A stretch of DNA of 64,000 nt from Candidatus Cloacimonadota bacterium (GCA_023137125.1 JAGLPW010000049.1:204-64203); one strand, 5' to 3'; counted from the first letter of the stretch, positions 9,924-20,703 are shown. Numbers and translations are program-made. The notes: generated by a model not told the origin, from the sequence alone.

Positions 9924-11426
9924 TTGTTTAAATTAAAAATTTTCATAACCATTAGTCTTTTTTCCTTGATCTTTATCCTTGCCTCCTGCTCCACTCCCAC
10001 TGAAACTCCTAAGGGAGACCTAACCGGTACAGTTAATCTCCAAGGACTCTCCGACCACTCAGGAATCACCATCACACTATACGATCTCGCTTATTTAGAC
10101 ACTACAATAGTCCGCATCAACAATCAATACCCACAAATTGGAGTTCACATTTACCAACACACTGAGTTTGATCATCGTCTTCAATCACCTGTTAAATCTG
10201 TAGAAACACTTTCTGACGGAAGCTTTGAACTTTCCAAAATTCCAACCGGAACCTACAACCTTGTTGCAATGAAAGCTGATTTTGGATTCAAATATATGTG
10301 TGAAATCGAAATTAATGAAGGTGATAACGAATTATCCCAACAAATTGATTTATTTGAAGAACTCAATATCTCCGGTAACATCTCCGATGACATTGTTGTT
10401 GCTCCCGACCACCACCTCATTATTGACGACGACACAGTTTTTATACCCGGCTCTTCTCTCACAATCCACCCCGGTGCAATTATTCGTATTAACCCCGGAG
10501 CTGATCTCACCATCCATGGCAACTTATTAGCACAAGGTGAAGAAAATAACATGTTTTGGATTACGTCCAATGACGGCTTTGAAAACTCACAACGCACAAC
10601 TCACAACTTAACACTATCAAATCGTGAGATTGGTTTGTATAATTCGATGGAATTATCTTCAATAGCCACTGTAGAAAACGATTTGATTACGTGGGGGAAA
10701 TGGGATTACGCCAATACATGTCTACTCAACCAAGTTAATAACTTGCACGTACAGAATGGAATATTTAGGAATGGAAGATGTGGATTATATAGTGTTGCTG
10801 TGGATTCTACGTTTTGTGGAAATTTATTAGCACAAAATTGTTTTGGGGAAAGTGAAGGTGGAATAAAATATTTAAATATTAATGATGGAGAAATTTCTAA
10901 TTCTATCTTTTGTAACTCATTTAATGGAATAATAACTAAATTAGAATTTAAAGGAATTATCAAACTGAATTATTTTTATAATAATAATAATGGAATCGAA
11001 ATATGGGATAATAATGGTATTATTGAGCACAATTACTTAGAAAGAAATTCACATTGTGATGTTCATTTTACTTTAAACCATAATATTATTACAGATACAT
11101 TAAAAATTATGTATAATAGTTTTTATTCTGGATATAATATCTTGCATTTTCATGACCCATCTTTTAATGAATACTCAGAAATTTTGTTTGATAAAAATAA
11201 TTTTTATGCAACCGATTATTTCTTATATACTCACGGAACATATAATAGTAACAATGCTGGAAAAGAAATCAAAGTTATTAGTTCATTTTTTAAGGATTGT
11301 TTTAGTATTCAAGAAATTGAGGAAAAAGTATGGGATTGTGAAGATGGGATTGAATATTATATGCTTGATGTACATATTATAAATTTTCAATTTGACCCAA
11401 TCGATATTAATTTAAGGAGAAACTAA
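9924..11426 (+). CDS. lipoprotein with carboxypeptidase-regulatory-like domain and right-handed beta-helix repeats
   Basis: TTG start and lipobox [22 protein letters not shown] is CarboxypepD_reg-like. The C-terminal half is Asn/Ile-rich and repetitive. Confidence 0.55.
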   Translation: MFKLKIFITISLFSLIFILASCSTPTETPKGDLTGTVNLQGLSDHSGITITLYDLAYLDTTIVRINNQYPQIGVHIYQHTEFDHRLQSPVKSVETLSDGSFELSKIPTGTYNLVAMKADFGFKYMCEIEINEGDNELSQQIDLFEELNISGNISDDIVVAPDHHLIIDDDTVFIPGSSLTIHPGAIIRINPGADLTIHGNLLAQGEENNMFWITSNDGFENSQRTTHNLTLSNREIGLYNSMELSSIATVENDLITWGKWDYANTCLLNQVNNLHVQNGIFRNGRCGLYSVAVDSTFCGNLLAQNCFGESEGGIKYLNINDGEISNSIFCNSFNGIITKLEFKGIIKLNYFYNNNNGIEIWDNNGIIEHNYLERNSHCDVHFTLNHNIITDTLKIMYNSFYSGYNILHFHDPSFNEYSEILFDKNNFYATDYFLYTHGTYNSNNAGKEIKVISSFFKDCFSIQEIEEKVWDCEDGIEYYMLDVHIINFQFDPIDINLRRN

Positions 11427-11430
11427 TAAT

Positions 11431-12471
11431 ATGAAAAAAGCATTAATAACAGGAATTACCGGACAAGATGGATCATATCTCGCAGAGTTATTATTAGAAA
11501 AAGGGTATGAAGTTCATGGTATTATACGGCGTGCATCATCTTTTAATACAAAACGAATAGATCATTTATATAAAGATCCTCATAAAAAAAATGTTAAAAT
11601 GTTCTTGCATTATGGTGATATGACTGATTCAAGTAACTTAAATCGCATATTGGAAAAAGTCTTACCTGGCGAAATATACAACCTTGCTGCTCAGTCCCAT
11701 GTGCAAGTTTCATTTGAGGTTCCTGAGTATACCGCGGAAGTTGATGGGATTGGTGTTTTGAGATTTTTGGATGCGATTAAAGAAACAGGGATTAATACGA
11801 AATTCTACCAAGCTTCTACAAGCGAACTTTATGGGAAAGTACAAGAAATTCCTCAGACTGAAACAACACCTTTTTATCCACGCTCTCCCTATGCAGTTGC
11901 AAAACTGTATGCTTTTTGGATGGTGAAGAATTATCGAGAAGCATACAATCTGTTTGCTTGCAATGGTATTTTATTTAATCATGAATCACCCCGAAGAGGA
12001 GAAACTTTTGTAACCCGTAAAATAACTAGAGCTGTTGTCAGAATTAAAGAAGGATTACAAAATAAATTATATCTTGGAAATTTAGATGCAAAACGAGATT
12101 GGGGTTATGCGAAAGAGTACGTTGAAGCGATGTGGTTAATGTTGCAACAAGATAAACCTAAAGATTTTGTTATTGCTACAAATGAAACACATACAGTGCG
12201 AGAATTTGTAGAACTCTCATTTAAACACGTAGGAATAAAGATTAAATGGCAAGGTAAAAAAGAAGAAGTAGTAGGATTTGATTCGAAAACGGGTAAGATT
12301 TTAGTAGAAATTGACCCAAGATATTATCGACCCACAGAAGTTGATTTGTTACTTGGAGATGCTACAAAAGCAAATGATATTCTTGGCTGGAAACCCAAAG
12401 TAAAATTCAAGGAGCTTGTTGGCTTAATGACTGAAGCAGATTGGAATAAAGTGAAGAAAAGAGGGTATTAA
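11431..12471 (+). CDS. gmd: GDP-mannose 4,6-dehydratase
   Basis: Motifs [35 protein letters not shown] and NHESPRRG. Confidence 0.95.
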   Translation: MKKALITGITGQDGSYLAELLLEKGYEVHGIIRRASSFNTKRIDHLYKDPHKKNVKMFLHYGDMTDSSNLNRILEKVLPGEIYNLAAQSHVQVSFEVPEYTAEVDGIGVLRFLDAIKETGINTKFYQASTSELYGKVQEIPQTETTPFYPRSPYAVAKLYAFWMVKNYREAYNLFACNGILFNHESPRRGETFVTRKITRAVVRIKEGLQNKLYLGNLDAKRDWGYAKEYVEAMWLMLQQDKPKDFVIATNETHTVREFVELSFKHVGIKIKWQGKKEEVVGFDSKTGKILVEIDPRYYRPTEVDLLLGDATKANDILGWKPKVKFKELVGLMTEADWNKVKKRGY

Positions 12472-12473
12472 AA

Positions 12474-13574
12474 TTGGAAAAGAGTGCAAAAATATATATT
12501 GCTGGTAATACTGGTTTAGTCGGATCTGCTATTGTTAGGAAACTAAATTCGAAAGGGTACAATAATTTGGTTTTCACTCCTTATCCGGAATACGACTTGA
12601 GGAATCAGCAACAGGTTAATGCTTTTTTTAAAAAAGAAAAACCTGAATATATCTTCCTTGCTGCTGCCAAAGTTGGTGGTATTATGGCTAATTGCACCTA
12701 TTCGGCAGAATTCATTTATGATAATATGATGATTGAGTTTAATGTTATTCATGCTGCTTATGAAAATAAGGTAAAAAAGCTTCTTTTCCTTGGCAGTTCC
12801 TGTATCTATCCTAAGAATTGTCTACAACCAATAAAAGAAGAATATTTGTTAACTGGAAGTTTAGAAATTACAAATGAACCTTATGCTATTGCAAAAATCA
12901 GTGGTTTGAAAATGTGCGATTATTATCGAAAACAATATGGGTGTAATTTTATCTCAGCAATGCCGACCAACCTATATGGCCCTAATGATAATTTTAATTT
13001 AGAAACTTCCCATGTTTTACCAGCAATGATACGTAAAATGCATTTAGCAAAACTTTTAGAAAACGGTGATTTCAAAGGGATTAAAAATGATCTTCAAAAA
13101 CGTCCATTCTCATCAAAAACAAAATACAATTCTAACTGGAAAGACAAAGATATAATAGAATTATTAAAAAATATTGGAATTACGTTTAAAACAAATTCAA
13201 AATTCAACACTCAAAGCTCAAAATTGGATGAGGTTACTCTTACTCTTTGGGGTTCTGGTTCTCCTTATCGTGAATTTCTTCACGTAGATGATTTAACTAG
13301 TGCTCTTTTATTCCTGATGAAAAATTATTCAGAATATGGTCATGTGAATATTGGAATTGGTAATGATTTAACAATTAAACAACTTGCAGAAATGATAAAA
13401 GAAATTGTTGCATTCAAGGGAATCATTGAATGGGACATTACAAAACCAGATGGTACTCCACGAAAGTTATTAGATGTCGGTAAATTACATAAACAGGGTT
13501 GGAAAGAAAAGATAACTCTTTTTGATGGTATTAAGAAAATATACAAAGAATACAAAATACATGGAGAGAATTAA
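12474..13574 (+). CDS. fcl: GDP-L-fucose synthase with ~45-50 aa internal insertion
   Basis: TTG start. Motifs GNTGLVGSAI, GSSCIYP, YAIAKISG and WGSGSPYREFLHVDD. There is an extra segment between RKMHLAK and VTLTLWG. Confidence 0.88.
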   Translation: MEKSAKIYIAGNTGLVGSAIVRKLNSKGYNNLVFTPYPEYDLRNQQQVNAFFKKEKPEYIFLAAAKVGGIMANCTYSAEFIYDNMMIEFNVIHAAYENKVKKLLFLGSSCIYPKNCLQPIKEEYLLTGSLEITNEPYAIAKISGLKMCDYYRKQYGCNFISAMPTNLYGPNDNFNLETSHVLPAMIRKMHLAKLLENGDFKGIKNDLQKRPFSSKTKYNSNWKDKDIIELLKNIGITFKTNSKFNTQSSKLDEVTLTLWGSGSPYREFLHVDDLTSALLFLMKNYSEYGHVNIGIGNDLTIKQLAEMIKEIVAFKGIIEWDITKPDGTPRKLLDVGKLHKQGWKEKITLFDGIKKIYKEYKIHGEN

Positions 13575-13575
13575 T

Positions 13576-14577
13576 ATGTTAAATAACAAAACAATATTAG
13601 TAACAGGTGGTACCGGTTCTTTCGGTAAAAAATTGATTCAAACAATTTTAGAAAAATATGATCCAAAGAAAATTATTATTTATAGTAGGGATGAACTTAA
13701 ACAATTTGAAATGTCCAATATTGAACCTTTCAAGTCACATGAAAAACAACTAAGATTTTTCATTGGTAATGTTCGTGATTTACAGCGTTTGAAAATGGCA
13801 ATGGATGGGGTAGATTATGTTATTCATGCAGCAGCCCTTAAACAAGTACCAGCATGTGAATATAATCCTTTTGAAGCAGTAAAAACAAATATATTGGGTG
13901 GACAAAATGTTATAGATGCTGCTTTACATAACAAAGTAAGTAAGGTTGTTGCACTTAGTACCGATAAAGCAGCAGCTCCAATTAATTTATATGGTGCTAC
14001 TAAACTTACATCCGACAAACTGTTTATTGCTGCAAATAATTATAGAGGTTGGCACGATATAAAGTTTTCTGTTGTTCGCTATGGTAATGTTATGGGAAGC
14101 AGGGGTTCAGTGATTCCATTTTTTATAAATAAAAAAGAAGATGGTATATTACCAATAACTGATTATCGTATGACACGTTTTAATATTACCTTACAACAAG
14201 GAGTAAATTTAGTTTTGATGGCTTTGGATAAAATGTGGGGTGGAGAATTATATGTACCCAAAATTCCATCTTACAAAATTGCTGATCTTGCAAAAGCTAT
14301 TGCCCCTGATTGTAAAACAAAAGAAATTGGTATTAGACCTGGAGAAAAATTACATGAAGAGATGATTACAGAAACTGACTCTTTGCGAACAGTTGAGTTT
14401 AAAGGTTACTATGTTATTATGCCATCTACTCCTTTGTGGGACGAAGAAGCGTTTGTTAACGAAAGTGATGCTAATCCGGGACAAAGATGTAATTTCGGAT
14501 TTAAGTACAATAGCGGAACAAATCCTAACTTTTTGACTGTAGAGGAAATCAAAGATCTTATTAAAAATAAGATGTAA
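13576..14577 (+). CDS. pseB: UDP-N-acetylglucosamine 4,6-dehydratase (inverting), PseB
   Basis: Motifs ILVTGGTGSFGKKL, YGATKLTSDK and IRPGEKLHEEM. I set the start at ATG 13576, just after the fcl stop; the track start at 13522 overlaps fcl. Confidence 0.88.
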   Translation: MLNNKTILVTGGTGSFGKKLIQTILEKYDPKKIIIYSRDELKQFEMSNIEPFKSHEKQLRFFIGNVRDLQRLKMAMDGVDYVIHAAALKQVPACEYNPFEAVKTNILGGQNVIDAALHNKVSKVVALSTDKAAAPINLYGATKLTSDKLFIAANNYRGWHDIKFSVVRYGNVMGSRGSVIPFFINKKEDGILPITDYRMTRFNITLQQGVNLVLMALDKMWGGELYVPKIPSYKIADLAKAIAPDCKTKEIGIRPGEKLHEEMITETDSLRTVEFKGYYVIMPSTPLWDEEAFVNESDANPGQRCNFGFKYNSGTNPNFLTVEEIKDLIKNKM

Positions 14578-14587
14578 TGGAGTTATA

Positions 14588-15715
14588 ATGGAATTTCTTT
14601 CTTATGGAAAACAATGGATAGACCAAGATGATATTGATGCTGTTTCTAAAGTTTTAAAATCTGATTACCTTACCACAGGTCCTACAGTAAAAAAATTTGA
14701 AGATGCCATTACAAATTATACAGGTGCTAAATATTGTGTAGCCGTAGCAAATGGTACAGCTGCTCTTCATCTCGCTTCTCTTGTTTTGTTGAAAAAAAAT
14801 GATAAAGTTTTAACTACACCTAACTCATTCCTTGCAACTTCGAATAGTATTTTATATGCAAGGGCAAAACCTATTTTTGTTGATATTGCCAAAGATGGAA
14901 ATATTGATCTTGATCTATGTGAGAAAGAGCTAACAAAAGATTCATCAATTAAGGCAATATATGCAGTTGCATTTAGTGGTAATATGTTAAATCAAGCGAA
15001 ATTAAAATTTCTGAAAGAGACTTACGATATTGCCATTTTAGAAGATTGTTCTCATGCAATTGGGGCTAAAGATGGAAATATTAAGGTAGCATCTTGCGTA
15101 AACAGTGATATATCAACCCTATCATTTCATCCTGTTAAACATATTACTACCGCCGAAGGTGGGGCAATAACAACCAATTCGGAAGACATCTATAAAAAAC
15201 TCTTGATTCTTAGAAACCATGGTATGGTAAAAACTCCCAATATGAAACCTTGGGAATATGAAATGAGAGAACTTGGATATAATTATAGAATTACAGATAT
15301 TCAATGTGCTTTAGGATTGTCCCAAATGAAGAAACTTGAAGGGTTTATAAATAGAAGAATTGAGATTGCACAAAGATATGATGAAGCTTTTAAAGATGAG
15401 ATAATAAAACCTCTTTATACTTATAATGGGAAATCTTCTTATCATCTTTACGTTGTTAAAGTTGATTTTGCACAAATAATAATTACAAAAGCAGATCTCT
15501 TTAATAAATTAAGAAAAAAGAACATAGGTATTCAACTTCACTATATTCCAATAAATAAACAACCATATTATATATCTCTTGGATACGGTAATGAACAAAC
15601 TCCAGTTATGGATAGGTACTATAAAAAATGCTTTTCACTTCCTATGTATCCAAAACTTTCAAATGAAGAACAAGAGTATGTAATTAAGTCTCTTTTTGAA
15701 GTACTAAATGGATAA
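14588..15715 (+). CDS. pseC: UDP-4-amino-4,6-dideoxy-N-acetyl-beta-L-altrosamine transaminase, PseC (DegT/DnrJ/EryC1 family)
   Basis: Motifs YGKQWIDQDDIDAV, NGTAALHLA and SFHPVKHITTAEGG (PLP-lysine context). Confidence 0.88.
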   Translation: MEFLSYGKQWIDQDDIDAVSKVLKSDYLTTGPTVKKFEDAITNYTGAKYCVAVANGTAALHLASLVLLKKNDKVLTTPNSFLATSNSILYARAKPIFVDIAKDGNIDLDLCEKELTKDSSIKAIYAVAFSGNMLNQAKLKFLKETYDIAILEDCSHAIGAKDGNIKVASCVNSDISTLSFHPVKHITTAEGGAITTNSEDIYKKLLILRNHGMVKTPNMKPWEYEMRELGYNYRITDIQCALGLSQMKKLEGFINRRIEIAQRYDEAFKDEIIKPLYTYNGKSSYHLYVVKVDFAQIIITKADLFNKLRKKNIGIQLHYIPINKQPYYISLGYGNEQTPVMDRYYKKCFSLPMYPKLSNEEQEYVIKSLFEVLNG

Positions 15716-16400
15716 TAAAGCTATTGCAATTATACCAGCTAGAGGTGGAAGTAAAAGAATACCTCGAAAAAATATCAAGGACTTTTTGGGTAAGCCCATT
15801 ATAGCATATTCTATTCAAGCTGCTTTGGACTCTAGGTTATTTAACAAGGTGATTGTATCTACTGATGATGAAGAAATAGCTGAAATTTCCAGAAAATACG
15901 GCGCATCTATTCCATTTATTAGGCCTAACGAATTGGCGGATGACTTTACCGGAACATCTGACGTAGTAGAACATGCTGTGAGATGGTTTGAAGAGAAAGG
16001 GCAAAATTATGACTACGTATGTACTATTTATGCCACAGCACCCTTATTAGATCGAAATTATCTTATTGAAGGATTTGAACAGCTAAAAAACTCGAATGCA
16101 AAATATGCTTTTGCCGCAACCTCAATACCATTTCCAATTCAAAGAACTTTTAAGATAACTAAGAATCATCGGTGCGAGATGTTTTGGCCAGAGAGTTTTA
16201 GTAAAAGAAGTCAGGATTTGGAAGAAGCTTATCAAGATGCGGGAATGTTTTATTGGGAAAAAATCAAATTTATATCTAATGAAATCTATTTTGGAAAAGA
16301 TTCTATTCCAATTATTCTACCAAAATATTTAGTTCAAGATATTGATACTATGGAAGATTGGGAAAGAGCTGAGATATTGTATAAAGCAAAAACTAAATGA
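15708..16400 (+). CDS. pseF: pseudaminic acid cytidylyltransferase, PseF
   Basis: AIIPARGGSKRIPRKN acylneuraminate cytidylyltransferase motif, plus operon context. Confidence 0.85.
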   Translation: MDNKAIAIIPARGGSKRIPRKNIKDFLGKPIIAYSIQAALDSRLFNKVIVSTDDEEIAEISRKYGASIPFIRPNELADDFTGTSDVVEHAVRWFEEKGQNYDYVCTIYATAPLLDRNYLIEGFEQLKNSNAKYAFAATSIPFPIQRTFKITKNHRCEMFWPESFSKRSQDLEEAYQDAGMFYWEKIKFISNEIYFGKDSIPIILPKYLVQDIDTMEDWERAEILYKAKTK

Positions 16401-17323
16401 GAAATATTCTAATAAGATCAGATTCATCCTCAAAAATTGGGATTGGTCATGTAATGCGTGATCTTGTATTGGCGGAACAATTCGAAAAAGATAAAGTTTT
16501 TTTCGCCACAAGAAATCTAGAAGGTAATATCAATGAAAAGATTACTGATTCCGGTTATAAGATTTTTACCTTAAAGACAAATGGTGTTGATGAATTGATA
16601 TCTTTAATAAATGATAAAAAAATTGATATGCTTATTATTGATCATTATAATATTAATTACGAATATGAAACTTATATAAAAGAAAAAACAGTAGTAAAAA
16701 TATTTTGCTTGGACGACACCTATAAAAAGCATAACTGCGATATTTTATTAAACCATAACATATCAGCCCAAGAAGATAAATATAATAATATTATTCCAGA
16801 TAATTGTGAAATTAGATGTGGGATTAAATATACTTTAATTAGAAAGGAGTTTATTGAAGAAAAAAAGAAAAGAAAAAAGAAAAATAAGAATAATAGAGTC
16901 AAAACCGTATTTATTGCAATGGGCGGTGCTGACCACTCGAACATAAATTTACAAATATTAGATGTGTTAAGTGAGTTTTGTGACAAAATAAAAGCAATAG
17001 TTGTCACAACTAATGCAAACAAAAACCTTAATGAATTAATATATTACTCGGCAGGAAAAGAATGGATTGATTTATGCATAAACTCCAATAAAATAGCTTA
17101 TTTAATGACAGAATCGGATCTCGCGATTGTAACGCCGAGTGTTACGATTAATGAAGTTGTCTTCATGGAATTACCATTTATTGCGATTAAAACAGCGGAA
17201 AACCAAAATGACATGTATGAATATTTAGTGAAAAATAATTATCCAATACTTAAAGAGTTCGATTCAATTTTATTAATAGAAAAGATTTTAATATTGTATA
17301 ATTATTTTTCAGTGGGAATATGA
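16397..17323 (+). CDS. pseG: UDP-2,4-diacetamido-2,4,6-trideoxy-beta-L-altropyranose hydrolase, PseG
   Basis: N-terminus IRSDSSSKIGIGHVMRDLVLAEQ is typical of PseG, and the gene overlaps the pseF stop. It contains a Lys-rich low-complexity insert (EEKKKRKKKNKNN). Confidence 0.78.
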   Translation: MRNILIRSDSSSKIGIGHVMRDLVLAEQFEKDKVFFATRNLEGNINEKITDSGYKIFTLKTNGVDELISLINDKKIDMLIIDHYNINYEYETYIKEKTVVKIFCLDDTYKKHNCDILLNHNISAQEDKYNNIIPDNCEIRCGIKYTLIRKEFIEEKKKRKKKNKNNRVKTVFIAMGGADHSNINLQILDVLSEFCDKIKAIVVTTNANKNLNELIYYSAGKEWIDLCINSNKIAYLMTESDLAIVTPSVTINEVVFMELPFIAIKTAENQNDMYEYLVKNNYPILKEFDSILLIEKILILYNYFSVGI

Positions 17324-17646
17324 ACAAATTAATAGATAAATTGCATGGCAATTTTAATTTTGATAAGAAGCTAAAACTCATCAATTATATTAATCTCAAT
17401 GAAACAGAAAAGCAAGATAATTTTGAATTTCATTGGTCAACTTATTTGGGGTTGATAGAAGATGTTGCTTTTAATGCGCTGAACTTACATAAAATATATA
17501 CTTATGCTTATGATTTAAGACCAAATCTCTATCCTATATTCGAAGAGGCTGGTTTTAATCAAGAATCTGTTTTAAAAGAGCACATTAAAACAGAAAAGGA
17601 GGAGTATTTAGATGTCATCACACATGCCAAACTCAATAGAGTTTGA
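17320..17646 (+). CDS. PseH-like GNAT remnant lacking the acetyl-CoA-binding core
   Basis: 108 aa. The PseH-like N-terminus (LKLINYINLNETEKQ) joins directly to the GNAT C-terminal part (GLIEDVAFNALNLHKIYTYAYDLRPNLYPIFEEAGF). About 60-70 central residues, including the Q/RxxGxG/A loop, are absent. Confidence 0.45.
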   Translation: MNKLIDKLHGNFNFDKKLKLINYINLNETEKQDNFEFHWSTYLGLIEDVAFNALNLHKIYTYAYDLRPNLYPIFEEAGFNQESVLKEHIKTEKEEYLDVITHAKLNRV

Positions 17647-18223
17647 AAGATTGGAAAGTGAAAGAATTTATTTGAAAGAAATTGAGGTCTCTGAATTAAC
17701 CAATTCAGTTATCTCCTGGTTTAAAGATAGAGATTTAATGCGTTATTATTCTAACTCCCAGAAGGTAATAACTAAAGAGATTTTGATAGAATCAATTCAA
17801 GAAGGAAAGAAAAAAGGTAATATTTATACATTTGGGATTTATACAATTAATTCAAATATATTGATCGGGACGATTAAGTTAGGTCCTATTAGTTTTGTTC
17901 ACAAAACTTCTGATCTTGTAGTATTAATTGGTGATAGGAATTTCTTGGGTAAAGGACTATCAGTTGAAGCTATCAAACTTGGGAATAAGCTTGCTTTTGA
18001 GAAATTTGACTTAAGAAAACTGTTCGGTGGGATGTACCTATCTAATATCCCCTCAATTAAAGCTTATACCAGAGCCGATTGGATCATCGAAGGCCGTTTA
18101 AAGGGATATTATTATGTTAAGGGGAAAAATGAGGATAGATTATTAGTTGCTTGTTTTAATCCGAAATATTTTTCTTTACATGAAATAAATGAAATAAAAG
18201 AAAATGAAAGCAAATATTACTAA
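17612..18223 (+). CDS. GNAT-family N-acetyltransferase (RimL-like), probable functional PseH substitute
   Basis: 203 aa with an intact GNAT core (LVVLIGDRNFLGKGLSVEAIKLGNKLAFEKFDLRKL) and an AGGAGG RBS about 10 nt upstream. Confidence 0.72.
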   Translation: MSSHMPNSIEFERLESERIYLKEIEVSELTNSVISWFKDRDLMRYYSNSQKVITKEILIESIQEGKKKGNIYTFGIYTINSNILIGTIKLGPISFVHKTSDLVVLIGDRNFLGKGLSVEAIKLGNKLAFEKFDLRKLFGGMYLSNIPSIKAYTRADWIIEGRLKGYYYVKGKNEDRLLVACFNPKYFSLHEINEIKENESKYY

Positions 18224-19241
18224 ACTTTTAGATCGTTCATCAGTTTATATTATTGCTGAACTTTCTGCAAATCATAATCAGGATTTTAATTTAGCAGTTA
18301 AAACAATAAAGGCAATGAAAAAGTCAGGGGCTGATGCTGTAAAATTACAAACATATACAGCAGACACAATTACTATTGATTGTAATAATGAATATTTTAA
18401 AATTAAAGAAGGATTATGGAAAGGTGAAACACTTTATTCATTATACAAAAAAGCATATACACCATGGGAATGGCAACCTAAGCTTAAGAAAATTGCTGAA
18501 GATCTTGGTCTGGTGTTTTTCTCTTCACCATTTGATAAAACTGCTGTAGATTTCCTTGAGAAAATGAATGTTCCTATTTATAAAATTGCTTCATTTGAAA
18601 TCACAGATATACCCTTAATAGAATATGTAGCATCTAAAGATAAGCCTATAATTATTTCAACAGGAATTGCTAATTTGATCGATATTGAAGAAGCAATTAA
18701 TGCTTGTAAAAGAATGGGTAATGAAGATATTATACTTTTACATTGTGTTTCAAACTATCCAACTCAACCTGAAGAATTTAACCTGAAAACTATGGTGAAT
18801 TTAAAGAAAACATTCGGTGTTGAAATAGGATTGTCAGACCATTCCTTGACGAATGATGCTGCAATTGCCTCTGTTGCAATGGGTGCTAAAGTGATTGAAA
18901 AACATTTCATTTTAAATCGTTCATTGGGTGGTGTTGATTCTACCTTTAGTTTAGAACCAGATGAATTTAAAAGTTTGGTTAAATCTGTTCGAAATGTCGA
19001 GAAAGCACTAGGTAAGGTTAATTATTCATTAAACGAAAATAATAATAATAATAGAAGATATTCTCGTAGTTTATTTGTAATTAAAGATATAAAAAAAGGT
19101 GAGAAATTTACTGAAAAAAATTTAAGGTCAATAAGACCGGGATATGGATTACACCCAAAATATTATAATGAAGTCTTAGGAAAGGAAGCTACTTATGATA
19201 TTAAAAAAGGGACTCCATTGAAACATAGTCATGTAACATAA
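18204..19241 (+). CDS. pseI: pseudaminic acid synthase, PseI
   Basis: IIAELSANHNQDF and GADAVKLQTY form the NeuB-type TIM barrel. The C-terminal SAF domain is FVIKDIKKGEKFTEKNLRSIRPG. Confidence 0.9.
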   Translation: MKANITKLLDRSSVYIIAELSANHNQDFNLAVKTIKAMKKSGADAVKLQTYTADTITIDCNNEYFKIKEGLWKGETLYSLYKKAYTPWEWQPKLKKIAEDLGLVFFSSPFDKTAVDFLEKMNVPIYKIASFEITDIPLIEYVASKDKPIIISTGIANLIDIEEAINACKRMGNEDIILLHCVSNYPTQPEEFNLKTMVNLKKTFGVEIGLSDHSLTNDAAIASVAMGAKVIEKHFILNRSLGGVDSTFSLEPDEFKSLVKSVRNVEKALGKVNYSLNENNNNNRRYSRSLFVIKDIKKGEKFTEKNLRSIRPGYGLHPKYYNEVLGKEATYDIKKGTPLKHSHVT

Positions 19242-19281
19242 ACAGTATTGATGAAGTTGATTTAATCATTATAAAATATAT

Positions 19282-20703
19282 ATGAACTCAAAATTAGCAA
19301 AAAATACTCTCTTATATACTCTGGGAATGTTTATTCCGAAAATGGCTCAATTTATCTTATTGCCCTTATATACAAGATATCTTACTCCATCTGATTATGG
19401 AATTCTTAGTTCTGTTCAGGTTATGAATTCGGTATTAGTTTTACTATATACGTTAGCCTTAAATAGAGCAATATTTAGGCTATATTTTGATTTTAAAACA
19501 GAAAAAGAAAAAAGGGATTATCTCGGTACGATTTTCATTGGGATTTCAATCAGTGCTGTTGTTATCACAAGTATAATATTTAGTTTATCAGATATTATAG
19601 GAAGTATATACAAAAGTATAGACTTCTATCCCTATATGTCACTTAGTATTTTAGCATCCGCAATTACTACATTTTTTCTTGTTCCCAAAACAGCTTATTT
19701 TGTAAAAGAAAAAGCTAATATTTTTGTACTTTTGTCCATCATAGAATTTTTTACCCGGAATATTTTTATATTAGTGTTTGTTGTATTTTTAGAAAAAGGT
19801 GTTCTGGGGTATTTACAGGGACAGTTGGCAGGTAATTTATTATTATTAATTTTATTTCTTTTCTTAACTTGGAAACAGGTTAATTTTAGATTTGTTAAAT
19901 CCTTTTTTGTTAAAAGTCTTAGATTTAGCCTTCCACTGTTACCTATGACTCTTTCTGCCTGGGTAATGAATTGGAGTGATAGAATATTTATAGAGCGCAA
20001 TTTTGATACTCATGATGTGGGTATTTATTCCTTAGGGTATAAAATTGCTATGATAATCGCGATATTTTCCGACTCATTTTACAAAGCTTATAACCCTCAT
20101 TACTTCAAAACAGCATCTAATAAACCAAAAGAAATTGCATTAAAGTCATTAAAAAAAACAAACACTTTATACCTACTTGTTGTAATTCTATTTTGTTCGC
20201 TTATCGTTTTATTTGCTAAAGAAGGCATTAGCCTGTTATTTGATTTCCGGTACTATGAAGCATATAAAATAGTCGGAATTGTAGGACTAGCATATGTATT
20301 TGGCAAAGCTATTGGGATATTTAATCTGGCAATATACCAATCTAAAAAAACAATTTTCGTAATGACAGCAAGTATTATTGGTGCATTTGTTAATATTGGT
20401 CTCAATTTTTTATTAATTCACAAATATGGTGCTTATGGGGCTGCCTGGGCAACAGTGATCACCTATTTTGCGATGATGTTTTTTACTTATTATTATGCTA
20501 GAAAATGTTTTTATGCTTCATTTAATAAACCAATTGTTTATTTAGCTTTTGTAATGATGTTGTTACTAAACGTAGGATTTTATATAATAAATATGAATTT
20601 AATAAATTCAATCGTATTGAAAATTATAATTGTATTGGGTATTTCAATTTTTATTTGGTTTAGGTACAAAAAAGAGTTAAAAATAATATTGAAAAAGGTA
20701 TAA
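19282..20703 (+). CDS. wzx: Wzx-type oligosaccharide flippase (MOP superfamily)
   Basis: 473 aa and highly hydrophobic, with about 12-14 predicted helices. Located in a glycan locus. Confidence 0.72.
   Translation: MNSKLAKNTLLYTLGMFIPKMAQFILLPLYTRYLTPSDYGILSSVQVMNSVLVLLYTLALNRAIFRLYFDFKTEKEKRDYLGTIFIGISISAVVITSIIFSLSDIIGSIYKSIDFYPYMSLSILASAITTFFLVPKTAYFVKEKANIFVLLSIIEFFTRNIFILVFVVFLEKGVLGYLQGQLAGNLLLLILFLFLTWKQVNFRFVKSFFVKSLRFSLPLLPMTLSAWVMNWSDRIFIERNFDTHDVGIYSLGYKIAMIIAIFSDSFYKAYNPHYFKTASNKPKEIALKSLKKTNTLYLLVVILFCSLIVLFAKEGISLLFDFRYYEAYKIVGIVGLAYVFGKAIGIFNLAIYQSKKTIFVMTASIIGAFVNIGLNFLLIHKYGAYGAAWATVITYFAMMFFTYYYARKCFYASFNKPIVYLAFVMMLLLNVGFYIINMNLINSIVLKIIIVLGISIFIWFRYKKELKIILKKV

Noticed and set aside
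16855-16900. A/G-rich tract in pseG (EEKKKRKKKNKNN) as a possible frameshift or gene fusion point
   Set aside because: The reading frame continues into sequence that still matches the PseG C-terminal half. No single homopolymer is longer than 6-7 nt.
19037-19052. (AAT)5 microsatellite in pseI (encoding NNNNN), and (AAT)4 at about 10984 in the lipoprotein gene, as phase-variation sites
   Set aside because: Trinucleotide repeats change length in frame, and these are short. They are more likely simple low-complexity expansion in an AT-rich genome.
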